This document shows, piece by piece, positions 45,616 to 55,850 of a stretch of 64,000 nt of DNA (its first letter is position 1; the number at the start of each line of letters is the position of its first letter). Under the pieces are notes generated by a model. The model saw nothing but the letters and a program-made list of their open reading frames with translations, did not search any database and had not been told where the DNA came from. The translations under genes were made by a program, and so were the position numbers. Source of the stretch: Rickettsia typhi (GTDB lineage: Bacteria > Pseudomonadota > Alphaproteobacteria > Rickettsiales > UBA1997); the NCBI GenBank assembly GCA_945901265.1, contig CAMDJZ010000004.1, forward strand, positions 372 through 64,371. Direction: 5' to 3'.

Positions 45616-45835
45616 TTTGTTTTATAATAGACTATAATTATTTATTTTAGTTTAGTAGAACTGCAATTTATATTTAATTAGATTTCAATTGTAAATATCA
45701 ACTAAAAGCTAATTTAGCATGGCTTTATTTATTTATTAATTGCCTAGATTTAGGGTTAAATATTAGCATTTAACTTACATCTGCAATATCAAACCCTAAT
45801 TCATCTAGTATAAATAAAATCTATAAACATTTACA

Positions 45836-46807
45836 ATGAATTATAAAAAATATACAGCTTTTTCATTAATTGAACTTTCAATTGTAATTTTAATCATTGG
45901 AATTTTAGTTGCAGGAGTTACCCAATCAAGTCGATTAATTCGCCAGATGAAGATAGCCAGCGCCCAAAGCCTAACTCGCTCATCACCAGTTCCAAATCGT
46001 AATTTAATGTTTTGGTGGGAAACAACTCTCGATGAAAGTTTCCTTGCTTCAGAAGCAACAGATGGCGGTGAAGTTACCCAATGGAATGATAATAATCCTG
46101 TTGCAATCAGTAAAATCAATGGTTATCGTGGACAAAAAACCACGACTTCTGCTTTTAACTATGACAATTCTGGTTTTTCTGCGGTAAGAGGGCCATCCTA
46201 TATTGCTAATGGAATAAATGGCATGCCAAGTTTAAGGTTTTTTAATTCTGGTCAAGGAGTTTACCTTCAAACTGATAATAAATTTAAAACCTCTGGTAAT
46301 GAAAATTTATTAATGTTTTTAGTTATCAAATATCGCTCTGGAATTGGTTGGGTAGTTGATCGAGTATGTCAATCACTTAGCGGCAACGGATATTCCGCTC
46401 CATGCTATCCAACTCAAGGTTATCCATTATTTGGCCTTCTTATCGATACAAGAGTTTTGGGATTTTTTCGAGATAATAATCCAACATCATCGGTGATTAC
46501 TTCTAATGGTAATGCTGGATCATTACTTACAAGTCAAACTCCATTTTTAGTAACAATTGAACGCAAATATCGCCAAACTTATTCGATTTATATAAATGGT
46601 AAATTAGCAAGCTCATCAGTTGATAGTCATACAATTGCAAATATTGACATGGTTAAACTTGGCCGACATAATGACAGTATCACTGATGACTTAAGTTTTG
46701 ATATTTCAGAATTTATATATTATGTAGGAAGTGTTGCCAATGAAGATCGTGACGCTATTGAAGAATATCTTGGTAAAAAATATGGTTTAAAAATTTCCAA
46801 TAACTAA
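45836..46807 (+). CDS. Prepilin-type N-terminal methylation-motif protein with C-terminal LamG/concanavalin-like domain
   Basis: 323 aa. KKYTA-FSLIELSIVILIIGILVAGV (Phe+1, Glu+5, hydrophobic helix). C-terminus DISEFIYY...EDRDAIEEYLGKKYGLK resembles the end of LamG-like jelly-roll domains. Confidence 0.65.
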   Translation: MNYKKYTAFSLIELSIVILIIGILVAGVTQSSRLIRQMKIASAQSLTRSSPVPNRNLMFWWETTLDESFLASEATDGGEVTQWNDNNPVAISKINGYRGQKTTTSAFNYDNSGFSAVRGPSYIANGINGMPSLRFFNSGQGVYLQTDNKFKTSGNENLLMFLVIKYRSGIGWVVDRVCQSLSGNGYSAPCYPTQGYPLFGLLIDTRVLGFFRDNNPTSSVITSNGNAGSLLTSQTPFLVTIERKYRQTYSIYINGKLASSSVDSHTIANIDMVKLGRHNDSITDDLSFDISEFIYYVGSVANEDRDAIEEYLGKKYGLKISNN

Positions 46808-46808
46808 C

Positions 46809-47255
46809 TTAAAATTTTACTCGAAAAGTAAAACAGCAATGCAAAATGTAAAAAATTATTAAAGTAATGAACAAGTTGATGTGATAAGCAACTAATTGCG
46901 AACAGCCAATCCCAATCATAGTAAGCAGCAAATAAGTTGAAAAAAAATACATTGAACCATAAACCATTATAGCTCTGAATAATTCATATTTACAAAATTT
47001 TGTTCTTTTAAAACTAAAAAACTTATGAGTAAAATAATTGTGAATGACACTGAAAATATAAAAAAGTGATATTTTTTTTAAATCCATTATCACTATTTTG
47101 TAGAGTCCAAGTCCGATTATATAAATAAAAATAAAATTATAACCACCAACTAGTAGAAATCTTGATTTTTGATTAGAAAATAACTTAACTAAACTATTTT
47201 TGTTAAGATATTTATTATATGTGAGTAATTGCGATATTTTATTTACTTTAAACAT
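46809..47255 (-). CDS. GtrA-like small membrane protein
   Basis: 148 aa with four predicted TM helices. N-terminal SRFLLVGGYNFIFIYIIG is typical of the GtrA family. Confidence 0.55.
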   Translation of the reverse strand: MFKVNKISQLLTYNKYLNKNSLVKLFSNQKSRFLLVGGYNFIFIYIIGLGLYKIVIMDLKKISLFYIFSVIHNYFTHKFFSFKRTKFCKYELFRAIMVYGSMYFFSTYLLLTMIGIGCSQLVAYHINLFITLIIFYILHCCFTFRVKF

Positions 47256-48249
47256 TTTTAAATAAATTACACTTTAACTCTTCAATTAACGATCTTGCGC
47301 TTAGATATGCTGATTCTACTCGGCCTTGAATCAACCAATCAGAACAGATTGCTATTAAATTTTCCGAATCATAATAAAATTGTAAACCCTTTTGTTTGGC
47401 TATATTAGCATATTTCCAGCGATGAATATCGCTAAATAAAATTTCACCAATTTTACAGTTTGATAAATTTTCAAATTCTGCAATCATTTCATTTTTTATA
47501 AATTGCAAATCAGCTTCAATATTATCAGCAGCCCATGAATTTCGAGAAAGAATTGTTAAGCAATTAGATGAATTTCTACTTGGCTTAGAATTTTCTATAG
47601 CAACCCAACTCAATTTAGAATTTTTAAAATATGCGCAATCCCAATTTAACTTTGGCTTATTGGCTAAACCCAGCATTAATGCAAAACAAGGAAGCATTTC
47701 TTTTTTTTGAAGATCGTTAATATATTTAAAATTTTTTGGCAAAATTTCTAAGGCTTGTTGAGGTGGAATTGTTAAAATCATTAAATCAAATTCACCACAA
47801 AAATTATTTTTATCATCAAAAATTTCTAATGAATTTAGTTTTTTGTCAATTCTTGATATTTTTGTTTGCAATTTAATATCAAGATCATTCGCTAAATACT
47901 TCGCAAGAGAATTCATTTTTGGCGAGGCAATGAAATGTTTATTTTGATCATTCCATTGACGAGCATAAGTAATATTATTGCCATCAATTTCTACAAAATT
48001 TGCTTGCCAATTTTCAACAATTTTTAAATCAATAAATTTTTCCAAATAACCAATAAATTCAGGAGTTTTAGCTGTAAAAAATTGCGCCCCAAAATCAAAA
48101 GAAAAATCATCTTTATAGCGAGTTGACATTCTGCCACCAACTCCCCTTGCCTTTTCAAAAATTGTAATATTAGCAATTTCCTTTAATTCATTAGCAACAA
48201 TTAAACCAGAAATTCCCGCTCCAATTATTGCAATATTTTTACCAACCAT
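47248..48249 (-). CDS. NAD/FAD-dependent oxidoreductase (renalase/amine-oxidase-like)
   Basis: 333 aa. IAIIGAGISGL dinucleotide fold. GGRMSTRY...FDFGAQFFT. 8-nt overlap with the GtrA-like gene. Confidence 0.7.
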   Translation of the reverse strand: MVGKNIAIIGAGISGLIVANELKEIANITIFEKARGVGGRMSTRYKDDFSFDFGAQFFTAKTPEFIGYLEKFIDLKIVENWQANFVEIDGNNITYARQWNDQNKHFIASPKMNSLAKYLANDLDIKLQTKISRIDKKLNSLEIFDDKNNFCGEFDLMILTIPPQQALEILPKNFKYINDLQKKEMLPCFALMLGLANKPKLNWDCAYFKNSKLSWVAIENSKPSRNSSNCLTILSRNSWAADNIEADLQFIKNEMIAEFENLSNCKIGEILFSDIHRWKYANIAKQKGLQFYYDSENLIAICSDWLIQGRVESAYLSARSLIEELKCNLFKNV

Positions 48250-48310
48250 ATTATTGATTTTAAAATTACTTTAAATAGTTATTAATTATCATTAACAATT
48301 CTAGTCTATT

Positions 48311-51300
48311 TTAACAAGAAATTTTAACTTCGAGATTATTTCCTAAAATAAATTCAATTTTTTGAGCATTACAGACATTCGCAATATCAGCTCCAGCTCT
48401 TGTTAAATCTAGCTTAGTAACTATTTGTAAAACTACAATTATTGATTTCATTGATAGGTTTTTTTCAGATTTAAATTTCCTAACTTCAAAAATTATTGCC
48501 AAAACTTCATAGCCAATTTGAAAATATTTTTGATCATATTTTAAATTTTTTGGTAATTGTGGATAATTTCCTCGAGCATGAATTGATTTAAAATTAGCAA
48601 ATTCTTCACTGAAAATTTTACTGTAAATTTCTTCGCAAATATGCGGAATAATTGGCGCAAAAAGTTTTAAAATATTTTTCAAACATAAAAATAACGTTGC
48701 TAGTGAGCTTAATTGTTTGGCAATAATCTCATTTTTTTGATCAGTGTTAAGCTCAATATTTTCAAGTATTTGCGCTGATAAACCATATGATCTAACTTTA
48801 CAAATTTCTAAATAATTATCGCAAAAATAATGCCAAAAAAATTCTTCGATAACTTCACGAGCTTTGGCATATTCAAAAATTTCAAATTGCTCATTATATT
48901 TTTTGATAACCAAATCAAGGCGATTTAAAATCCACAAATCCAAATCTTCCGTAATAAATTCAGCTAATTTTTCATCGCTAATTTGATTAATATTTTGATT
49001 TAATATTGCAAAATGTTGACTACAAAATTTTGCTGAATTAAATAATTTAGTAATTAATTTTTGACCAATTTTAAAAGTTTCTTCACTGAAGGTAATATCA
49101 GCACCAAGGCTTGATGCAGAAGCCCAATAACGCACAACATCTGCAGATTTTTCTTGAATTAATGCATTCGGCGTTACAACATTGCCTTTCGATTTACTCA
49201 TTTTAGTTTTATCCGATGCCAAACACCAACCCGAAATCATCAAATTTTTCCACGGAATCGAAATTTCTTGATTGGAATTTTCTTGTAACTTTTTATAACC
49301 ATCTTGATTTTTTATTGCCTGGCCATATTCATCTTTAACAATTTCTAAACTATGTAAGTAACTTTTAACAATTGTATAAAATGCCCAACTTCTGATTATC
49401 TCATGAGCTTGCGGACGTAAATCGGCAGGAAATAATTTTTTATGGCGATTGCTATCAAAACAAATTTCACTTGAAATTCCTTTGCTGGAAAGCTGTGGCG
49501 AAATTGATGAAGTTGCCCAAGTATCCATGATATCCGTTTCGGGAGTAACAATCCAAAATTCTTGATCTATATCTTTAATAATTTTTTTACTTCTATCATC
49601 ATCATTTAATTTTTCTCTAAACTCCTTGATCTTATTTTCATCTTCGTCATTTGGTAAAAAATAGCCTTGCGGAATATCTATTTGCAAATCAACAGGTAAT
49701 TGCTCAATTGAGGCAATAACAGTTCTATAGGCTAAATCACTATCAAAGAATTTTTCATTTGGTTTTATAAATTTTACTTGCGTTAAATTTTCGCAATTAG
49801 CATTTTTAAGATGCCAAACTGGAAATTTTACACCAAAAAATCTTTGCCTTGAAATACACCAATCCTTGGAAAGTCCATCAATCCATTGATCGATTCTTAC
49901 GCGCATATATTCAGGATACCAATTACACTGATGAGCTTTTTGTTTTAATTTTTCTTTTTTGTCACTTATTTTAACATACCATTGTGGTTTACTGATAATT
50001 TCGATTGGAACACCGGAGCGCTCAGCGCATTTGACTGGACGAATTATTTTTTCTTTAGGTCGCGAAAATATCGGGTAGTTTTTTTTGTCAATTGTTGATT
50101 CTAAATCTGAAAGTAATTTGATAATTTCTTCTTTAGCAATTTTAATTTTTTTATTGGCAATTTTATTATAATTTTCAATAAAATTAGCTGGATCTTTAAT
50201 TGGATTTTGAAATGATTTTATATTAATAAAAAATAACCAATTTAAAGGATTATAAATTGCTGAATCTTTTCCAACATATTGCTTACTTTCCTCATCTTTA
50301 GAAATATCAATTAGTTCGATTAATGATCCGTCATCGCCGATAATTTCACGATTTTCTAAGCCATATTTTTCCCACCAAATAACATCAGTATCATCGCCGA
50401 AAGTGCAGCACATTACCGCTCCTGTTCCCTTATCTTTTTGCACTAAATTATCAGCGATAATTGGAACTTTAACACCAAAGAGTGGAGTGATTGCGTATGA
50501 GCCAGTTGGTCCTTCGCTTCCTTGTTCTTTAAATTTATTTTTATCTAAAATTAAATCTTGATATCTAACATCCTCACCATTAATCATTACTGCCACACAT
50601 GCCGAAAGGAGCTCGGGACGTGTTGTCATAATTTCAAGTGGATAATTTTTATCAGCAATTTCTTCTAAGGAATCATTGGCAATTGCAAAATTAATATAAT
50701 GCGCTTCGCCCTCGACTTCTTTATCGATAATATCGGCTTGGGCAAGAGCCGTGCGGTCAGAAATGTCCCAAAAAACTGGCTTATATTGTTTTTCAACTAA
50801 GTCTTTATTGAATAAATCAACAAAAGAAGCTTGAGAAATTTTTTGAACTTCAGGTGAGATAGTTTGGTATTTTTCATTCCAGTCAGCCGATAAGGCAATT
50901 TCGCTAAATAGATTTTCAAATTCTTCTTCAGCTTCTTCGACTACTTCGCGACATTTGGTAACAAAAGAACCGCGACCATTTTCATTTTCATAAATTCCGG
51001 CTTTCTTGCCGATAATTTTTTCAACTAATCTTTCGGTTGGCAGACCATTATCGTCAAAACCCATCGGATAAAAAACATCTTTGCCACTCATACGATTGTA
51101 GCGCGCAACGAAATCGGCTTGTGTGTAAGAAAAAATATGTCCCATATGTAAAACTCCTGATACTGTAGGAGGAGGAGTATCAATTACAAAAGTTTGAGCC
51201 TTTGATAAATCATCACGAAATTGATAAATATTTTTTTTTTGCCAAAAATTCTGCCAAAATTTTTCAGTTATTTTAGCATCATATTTATCAGTAAGCGTGG

Positions 51301-51370
51301 GAATTTGATCACCATTATTTTTAACTGTTTGTAAAATTTCTTCAGTATTTTTTTCAGTGTATTTAGTCAT
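48311..51370 (-). CDS. valS: Valyl-tRNA synthetase, archaeal/Rickettsia-type
   Basis: 1019 aa. DTPPPTVSGVLHMGHIFSYTQADF...YPMGFDDNGLPTE and KMSKSKGN. No long C-terminal coiled coil. Several insertions. Confidence 0.9.
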   Translation of the reverse strand: MTKYTEKNTEEILQTVKNNGDQIPTLTDKYDAKITEKFWQNFWQKKNIYQFRDDLSKAQTFVIDTPPPTVSGVLHMGHIFSYTQADFVARYNRMSGKDVFYPMGFDDNGLPTERLVEKIIGKKAGIYENENGRGSFVTKCREVVEEAEEEFENLFSEIALSADWNEKYQTISPEVQKISQASFVDLFNKDLVEKQYKPVFWDISDRTALAQADIIDKEVEGEAHYINFAIANDSLEEIADKNYPLEIMTTRPELLSACVAVMINGEDVRYQDLILDKNKFKEQGSEGPTGSYAITPLFGVKVPIIADNLVQKDKGTGAVMCCTFGDDTDVIWWEKYGLENREIIGDDGSLIELIDISKDEESKQYVGKDSAIYNPLNWLFFINIKSFQNPIKDPANFIENYNKIANKKIKIAKEEIIKLLSDLESTIDKKNYPIFSRPKEKIIRPVKCAERSGVPIEIISKPQWYVKISDKKEKLKQKAHQCNWYPEYMRVRIDQWIDGLSKDWCISRQRFFGVKFPVWHLKNANCENLTQVKFIKPNEKFFDSDLAYRTVIASIEQLPVDLQIDIPQGYFLPNDEDENKIKEFREKLNDDDRSKKIIKDIDQEFWIVTPETDIMDTWATSSISPQLSSKGISSEICFDSNRHKKLFPADLRPQAHEIIRSWAFYTIVKSYLHSLEIVKDEYGQAIKNQDGYKKLQENSNQEISIPWKNLMISGWCLASDKTKMSKSKGNVVTPNALIQEKSADVVRYWASASSLGADITFSEETFKIGQKLITKLFNSAKFCSQHFAILNQNINQISDEKLAEFITEDLDLWILNRLDLVIKKYNEQFEIFEYAKAREVIEEFFWHYFCDNYLEICKVRSYGLSAQILENIELNTDQKNEIIAKQLSSLATLFLCLKNILKLFAPIIPHICEEIYSKIFSEEFANFKSIHARGNYPQLPKNLKYDQKYFQIGYEVLAIIFEVRKFKSEKNLSMKSIIVVLQIVTKLDLTRAGADIANVCNAQKIEFILGNNLEVKISC

Positions 51371-51377
51371 GATAAAA

Positions 51378-52748
51378 CTATTTTAATTCCATGATTTCGA
51401 TAGTAAAATTTCCGACAGTTTGCAGATAGATTTTATCATCAACAACAATTGGCGTATGTGAAATTTTTTTGCCAAGCTCAACACTGTTTTCAATGGTTCC
51501 GTTAAATGGCGATACTGCAATTAAAACACCGTCAAGGCGAGAAATTAATAATTTATTTCCCGCCATAATTATACCATTATAAATAAATTTTGATGCCGGT
51601 TTTCTTGGATTTTTATAGGCTGGTAATTGTTTAATTAATTTAATTTTTGAGTTATGGCGATTTAGAGCGATGAGTTTATTTTCAAGATTTATAACATAAA
51701 GATAATCTTTGGCCAACCAAAAATTAGAGATTCCAGCAATTTGTTTTTTCCAAATTATCGAACCATTTTTAATATTTATTGCTTTCATTAATCCACCATT
51801 GCCAATTGCGTAAACTACGTCATTTTTAACTAAGAGATTAGCATCAACATCATTGAGATAAAAGTCTGAATTAATTGCTTTATTTAAATTCAAATCATGA
51901 ACCCAAATTACTTCTCCGGAATTTTTATTGAGTGCGTAAATTTCACCCGAAGAATAAGCCACTAAAATTTTATCTTGATAAATTACCGGCATTGGCGTAC
52001 CCAATATTGCCGTGGCACGACCGACTCCCATATGGCTAAAAACAAGCTCACCACTATTTACATTAAAGCAATATAGATGGTTATTATCACTTGCAACGTA
52101 AAGTAAATTATCACTAGCAATTGGCTTTGAAGATAAAATTGCACTAACTTGTTTTTGCCAAATTATCTTACCGTCATTGGCATTGACAACAGAAATATAA
52201 TTAGAGCCAATTGTTGCAAAAATTTTATTATCCGCAAAACTAATTTGCGGAGTGCGATAATTTTGCACTGTTTTTTTATCAAAGATTTGCGATTTAAAAA
52301 GCATATTTTTGGTTTTTAAATCATATGCAAAAAGCTCTCCCGCTGAATCTAAAAAATAAATTTTTTCTTGATAAATTATCGGCTCAAAATGGAAGTTTTC
52401 AAATTTTGATGAGGCGTAAAAAAGTGATTTTGACCATGATCTTCTTAGTTTAAGCTTATTTTTTTTATTAAATAAAAAACTATTATTTGGCTGGTAATTT
52501 TTTTCAATATTCTCGTTAATTTGGTTTAAAGACGATAAGGAACCAAGGAAGCTATTATTAGGTTTTGTTTTAGGTAAGACAATATCATTATTTTGTAATT
52601 TTATATCAATCTCAAGAGAATTATCTTGCACGTAGGCTAAAACAGCTTTTGACTTATCATAATCTTGATCCTTCGAGCAAGCAATAACAACGAAATTTAT
52701 TAAGATAACTAAAAATAAATAGAATTTTTTTTTTAAAATAAAAAACAT
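51378..52748 (-). CDS. bamB: Outer membrane protein assembly factor BamB-like lipoprotein (PQQ-like beta-propeller)
   Basis: 456 aa. Lipobox VVIAC. Repeated (V/I)Y..S..G.L.A.....G...W propeller blades. It follows a YfgM-like gene, as in many proteobacteria. Confidence 0.75.
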   Translation of the reverse strand: MFFILKKKFYLFLVILINFVVIACSKDQDYDKSKAVLAYVQDNSLEIDIKLQNNDIVLPKTKPNNSFLGSLSSLNQINENIEKNYQPNNSFLFNKKNKLKLRRSWSKSLFYASSKFENFHFEPIIYQEKIYFLDSAGELFAYDLKTKNMLFKSQIFDKKTVQNYRTPQISFADNKIFATIGSNYISVVNANDGKIIWQKQVSAILSSKPIASDNLLYVASDNNHLYCFNVNSGELVFSHMGVGRATAILGTPMPVIYQDKILVAYSSGEIYALNKNSGEVIWVHDLNLNKAINSDFYLNDVDANLLVKNDVVYAIGNGGLMKAINIKNGSIIWKKQIAGISNFWLAKDYLYVINLENKLIALNRHNSKIKLIKQLPAYKNPRKPASKFIYNGIIMAGNKLLISRLDGVLIAVSPFNGTIENSVELGKKISHTPIVVDDKIYLQTVGNFTIEIMELK

Positions 52749-52772
52749 TGATTTTAATTGAAATATATTTAC

Positions 52773-53576
52773 TTATTTTTTAGCTGGTTTTTCTTCAAGA
52801 TTTTGGGAATCTTCATTCAAAGTTTTAGAATTATCAGATTTTAAATCGCCAACTTTTTTAGGAGATTCTTTTTTAGACTTTGATTCTACAACTTCTTCTT
52901 TGAAACCTTTTTGAGAAAGCATTTTTTTGGCATCTTGAGCTCTCGCTTTTATTGTTTTATCGGCATTAGTATCATTGATGATTTCTGTAAAAGCTTTGTT
53001 AGCTGCTTCTAAATTATTTTTTTGCATTTCATAAAATCCCCTTTGTTCATTTATGTAAGATTTAAGCTCGTGAGATTTTTTATAGATTTTGTTTATTTTT
53101 TTAGATAGGTCAGCTTTCATTAACTCATCATCGGATAACCAAGTGCTAATCGCAAGTAATCCAGCTAAGTCACTTAGGTAATCATTGCAAGTAAGGCAAT
53201 TATTTACTGATAAATATATTTCTTGGGCTTCTTTTTTATTACCTTCTTCGATAAGAAAGCCAGCATAACGAATTGAGGCAATTGCCGAGACATTTGATGG
53301 CACAAAGCGCGATTTGTGAATTTGTAGTAATTTTTCCTTAGCAGTTTTAATATCGCCAACTTGTTGAGCCAATAATGATTCATGCAAAATTGCAGAATAT
53401 TTTTTGGCCTGAGAATTTTCAGCAATACTATAAATTCCATATAAACCAATCAAAATAAACAGCCCAATAATTGATTTTAAAATTACCACCTTATTTTCAG
53501 TTAGAAAATTAACGATAGAATCTTGGTTCGCTTTTTTCTTAATATGTTTAATAGCTTTAATTATTCTTTTTGGCAT
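52773..53576 (-). CDS. YfgM-like TPR membrane protein
   Basis: 267 aa. Single N-terminal TM helix, helical TPR-like body, Lys/Glu-rich tail. It lies immediately upstream of bamB. Confidence 0.45.
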   Translation of the reverse strand: MPKRIIKAIKHIKKKANQDSIVNFLTENKVVILKSIIGLFILIGLYGIYSIAENSQAKKYSAILHESLLAQQVGDIKTAKEKLLQIHKSRFVPSNVSAIASIRYAGFLIEEGNKKEAQEIYLSVNNCLTCNDYLSDLAGLLAISTWLSDDELMKADLSKKINKIYKKSHELKSYINEQRGFYEMQKNNLEAANKAFTEIINDTNADKTIKARAQDAKKMLSQKGFKEEVVESKSKKESPKKVGDLKSDNSKTLNEDSQNLEEKPAKK

Positions 53577-53700
53577 ATATTATAAATATTTATTTTATTA
53601 TTAATTAACTGTAATTATTTAAAGTTATTTTTTAATTTTCAAAAGTTTATTTGAAAAATATTAATTTATTAAATCAACAAATTTTTCAATTTGAAGAAAA

Positions 53701-54582
53701 TTATGCAATCATTTGCAAACAGCAATCAATTGTATTTTTAAGCAAATAGGTGATAGTCATTGGACCAACTCCACCAGGAACTGGAGTAATTGAACCAGCA
53801 ACTTTTTTTACCGCTTCAAAATCTACATCGCCAACTAAGCGATTTATTCCGTCAACATTGATTCTATTGATCCCAACATCAATAATTGTTGCAGATTTTT
53901 TTACCATTGATGATTTAATTAAATTTGGTGAACCAGCCGCAACGATAATAGCATCAGCATTTTGACATTCAAAACTCAAATCCTTAGTGCTTCGATTAGC
54001 TATAGTAACCGTACAATTTTCGAGAATTAATAATTTAGCAAGTGGACTTCCCACGATGTTTGAAGACCCAATTACCAATGTTTTCAATCCCGATAAATCT
54101 TCACCATGAACTTCCTTGAGCAAATGCAAGCAAGCAAGAGGAGTGCATGGGATAATAGCTTTATTTTTTCCATCAATTTCACCAATTGATAATTTTCCAG
54201 CATTGATAACATGAAAACCATCGACATCTTTACGAAAGTCTATCGCGTAAATTATTTTTTTACTATCAATGTGAGCAGGCAATGGAAGTTGAACTAAAAT
54301 TCCGTGAACTTTTTTATCAGCATTTAATTCTTTAATTTTAGCGATTAGATCATTTTCAGAAATATCACTAGCTAATTTATATTGGATTGAATTCATTCCA
54401 ACACCATGAGCCGATTTTTCTTTGTTACTTACATAAACTTCGCTAGCTGGATCATTGCCAACAAGGATTACCGCAAGGGTTGGAGTAATATGATAATTTT
54501 TTTTAATATCGCTTATTTGAGAGGCAATTTTATTGCGCATTTCATGAGCGATTTTTTTTCCATCAATAATTTTTGCAGTCAT
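53701..54582 (-). CDS. folD: Bifunctional methylenetetrahydrofolate dehydrogenase/cyclohydrolase
   Basis: 293 aa. AKIIDGKKIA, YVSNKEK, GILVQLPLP and TPVPGGVGPMT. Confidence 0.95.
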   Translation of the reverse strand: MTAKIIDGKKIAHEMRNKIASQISDIKKNYHITPTLAVILVGNDPASEVYVSNKEKSAHGVGMNSIQYKLASDISENDLIAKIKELNADKKVHGILVQLPLPAHIDSKKIIYAIDFRKDVDGFHVINAGKLSIGEIDGKNKAIIPCTPLACLHLLKEVHGEDLSGLKTLVIGSSNIVGSPLAKLLILENCTVTIANRSTKDLSFECQNADAIIVAAGSPNLIKSSMVKKSATIIDVGINRINVDGINRLVGDVDFEAVKKVAGSITPVPGGVGPMTITYLLKNTIDCCLQMIA

Positions 54583-54635
54583 TAAATAGTTTTTTATTAA
54601 TTTTTTTTATATTTTCACTGTTTAAAAAATCTAAA

Positions 54636-55358
54636 TCAAGCTAAAATTTCAGCAAGAAATGCTTGATCAAGATCATGCTTTTCATGTTTGTCTTTAAAGG
54701 CTTTTGGTGTTCCTGTAAAACGTATTTTGGAATCATGAAGAACGGCAATTTTATCACATATCTCATCCATATCAGCTAAAATATGGGAGCTAAAAAAAAT
54801 TGTTTTTTTATGTTTTTTATAATTGATTAATTCTTTTTTTAAAGCAATTCTTGCCTTTGGATCAAGTCCTGACATAGGCTCATCTAAAATTACTAAATCT
54901 GCATTCGATAAAAAAGTAGCAAGTAACCCTAATTTTTGAGTCATGCCCTTAGAGTATTTTGCTATTTTTTGGTTAAGAACATTATGATCAAAATCAAGGT
55001 TATTACAAATTAATTTTAAATTATTTTCATAAAATTTTTTACCTTGATAATCCTCATAAAAACCTAAGGCAAATTCCAAAAATTCAAAACCCGTTTGATG
55101 AATTGCTGGTTGAAATTTTTCTGGTAAATAACATATTTTTTGCCGTGAATTAGGAAGTAATTTTGATATACCAAAAATTTCGACATCGCCACTATCTTGA
55201 TCCAACAAATCAAGAATAATTTTTATTAAAGTAGTTTTACCCTGCCCGTTTAAACCAATAAAACCAAAGATAACGCCATTATCAACAGTCAAATTAATAT
55301 CATCTAGGATTGGCTTGTTAAAGGTTTTTGAAATTTGTGAAATATTAAGAGGAATCAT
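54636..55358 (-). CDS. ABC transporter ATP-binding protein (no adjacent permease)
   Basis: 240 aa. Walker A GLNGQGKTT, signature YSKGMTQK, Walker B LVILDEP. Confidence 0.85.
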   Translation of the reverse strand: MIPLNISQISKTFNKPILDDINLTVDNGVIFGFIGLNGQGKTTLIKIILDLLDQDSGDVEIFGISKLLPNSRQKICYLPEKFQPAIHQTGFEFLEFALGFYEDYQGKKFYENNLKLICNNLDFDHNVLNQKIAKYSKGMTQKLGLLATFLSNADLVILDEPMSGLDPKARIALKKELINYKKHKKTIFFSSHILADMDEICDKIAVLHDSKIRFTGTPKAFKDKHEKHDLDQAFLAEILA

Positions 55359-55381
55359 TGCAAAGCAATTTATTTTGTTTT

Positions 55382-55834
55382 TTAAATATTAATTTTTTTA
55401 CTTTCTATTAGCTTAGGAATTGCTAGTAAAGCAATTTGATATCCATCAACACCAAGACCCGATATTACTGCGTCAACCACATTGCTTAAAAATGAATGAT
55501 GACGAAAATCTTCGCGTTTAAAAATATTAGAAATATGCAATTCAATTTTTACACCATTAAAAATTTCAAGAGCATCATGAATTGCAACTGAGGTATGAGT
55601 ATAACCAGCAGCGTTAATAATTAAGCCATCAAAAACATCTATGGCATTTTGAATTAAATCTATAATTACCGCTTCATTATTAGTTTGCTTAAATGTTAAT
55701 TCGACATTTATTTCTCTAGCAAGTAACTGACATTGATGTTCAATTTTTTGCAAACTACTATTTCCATAAATTTTGGCATTACGCAAATGTAATAAGTTTA
55801 AATTTGGGCCATTAATTATTAAAATTTTTTTCAT
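55382..55834 (-). CDS. aroQ: Type II 3-dehydroquinate dehydratase
   Basis: 150 aa. ILIINGPNLNLL and NAAGYTHTSVAIHDA. Confidence 0.93.
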   Translation of the reverse strand: MKKILIINGPNLNLLHLRNAKIYGNSSLQKIEHQCQLLAREINVELTFKQTNNEAVIIDLIQNAIDVFDGLIINAAGYTHTSVAIHDALEIFNGVKIELHISNIFKREDFRHHSFLSNVVDAVISGLGVDGYQIALLAIPKLIESKKINI

Positions 55835-55850
55835 AATTTTTAATTTTTAT

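Noticed and set aside
45744-45808. Imperfect inverted repeat CTAGATTTAGGGTT ... AACCCTAATTCATCTAG as a mobile-element terminal repeat
   Set aside because: The arms are only about 7-10 bp and imperfect, the loop is 34 nt, and there is no transposase or duplication flanking it. It is more likely a regulatory hairpin, and it is mentioned under the pilin-like finding.
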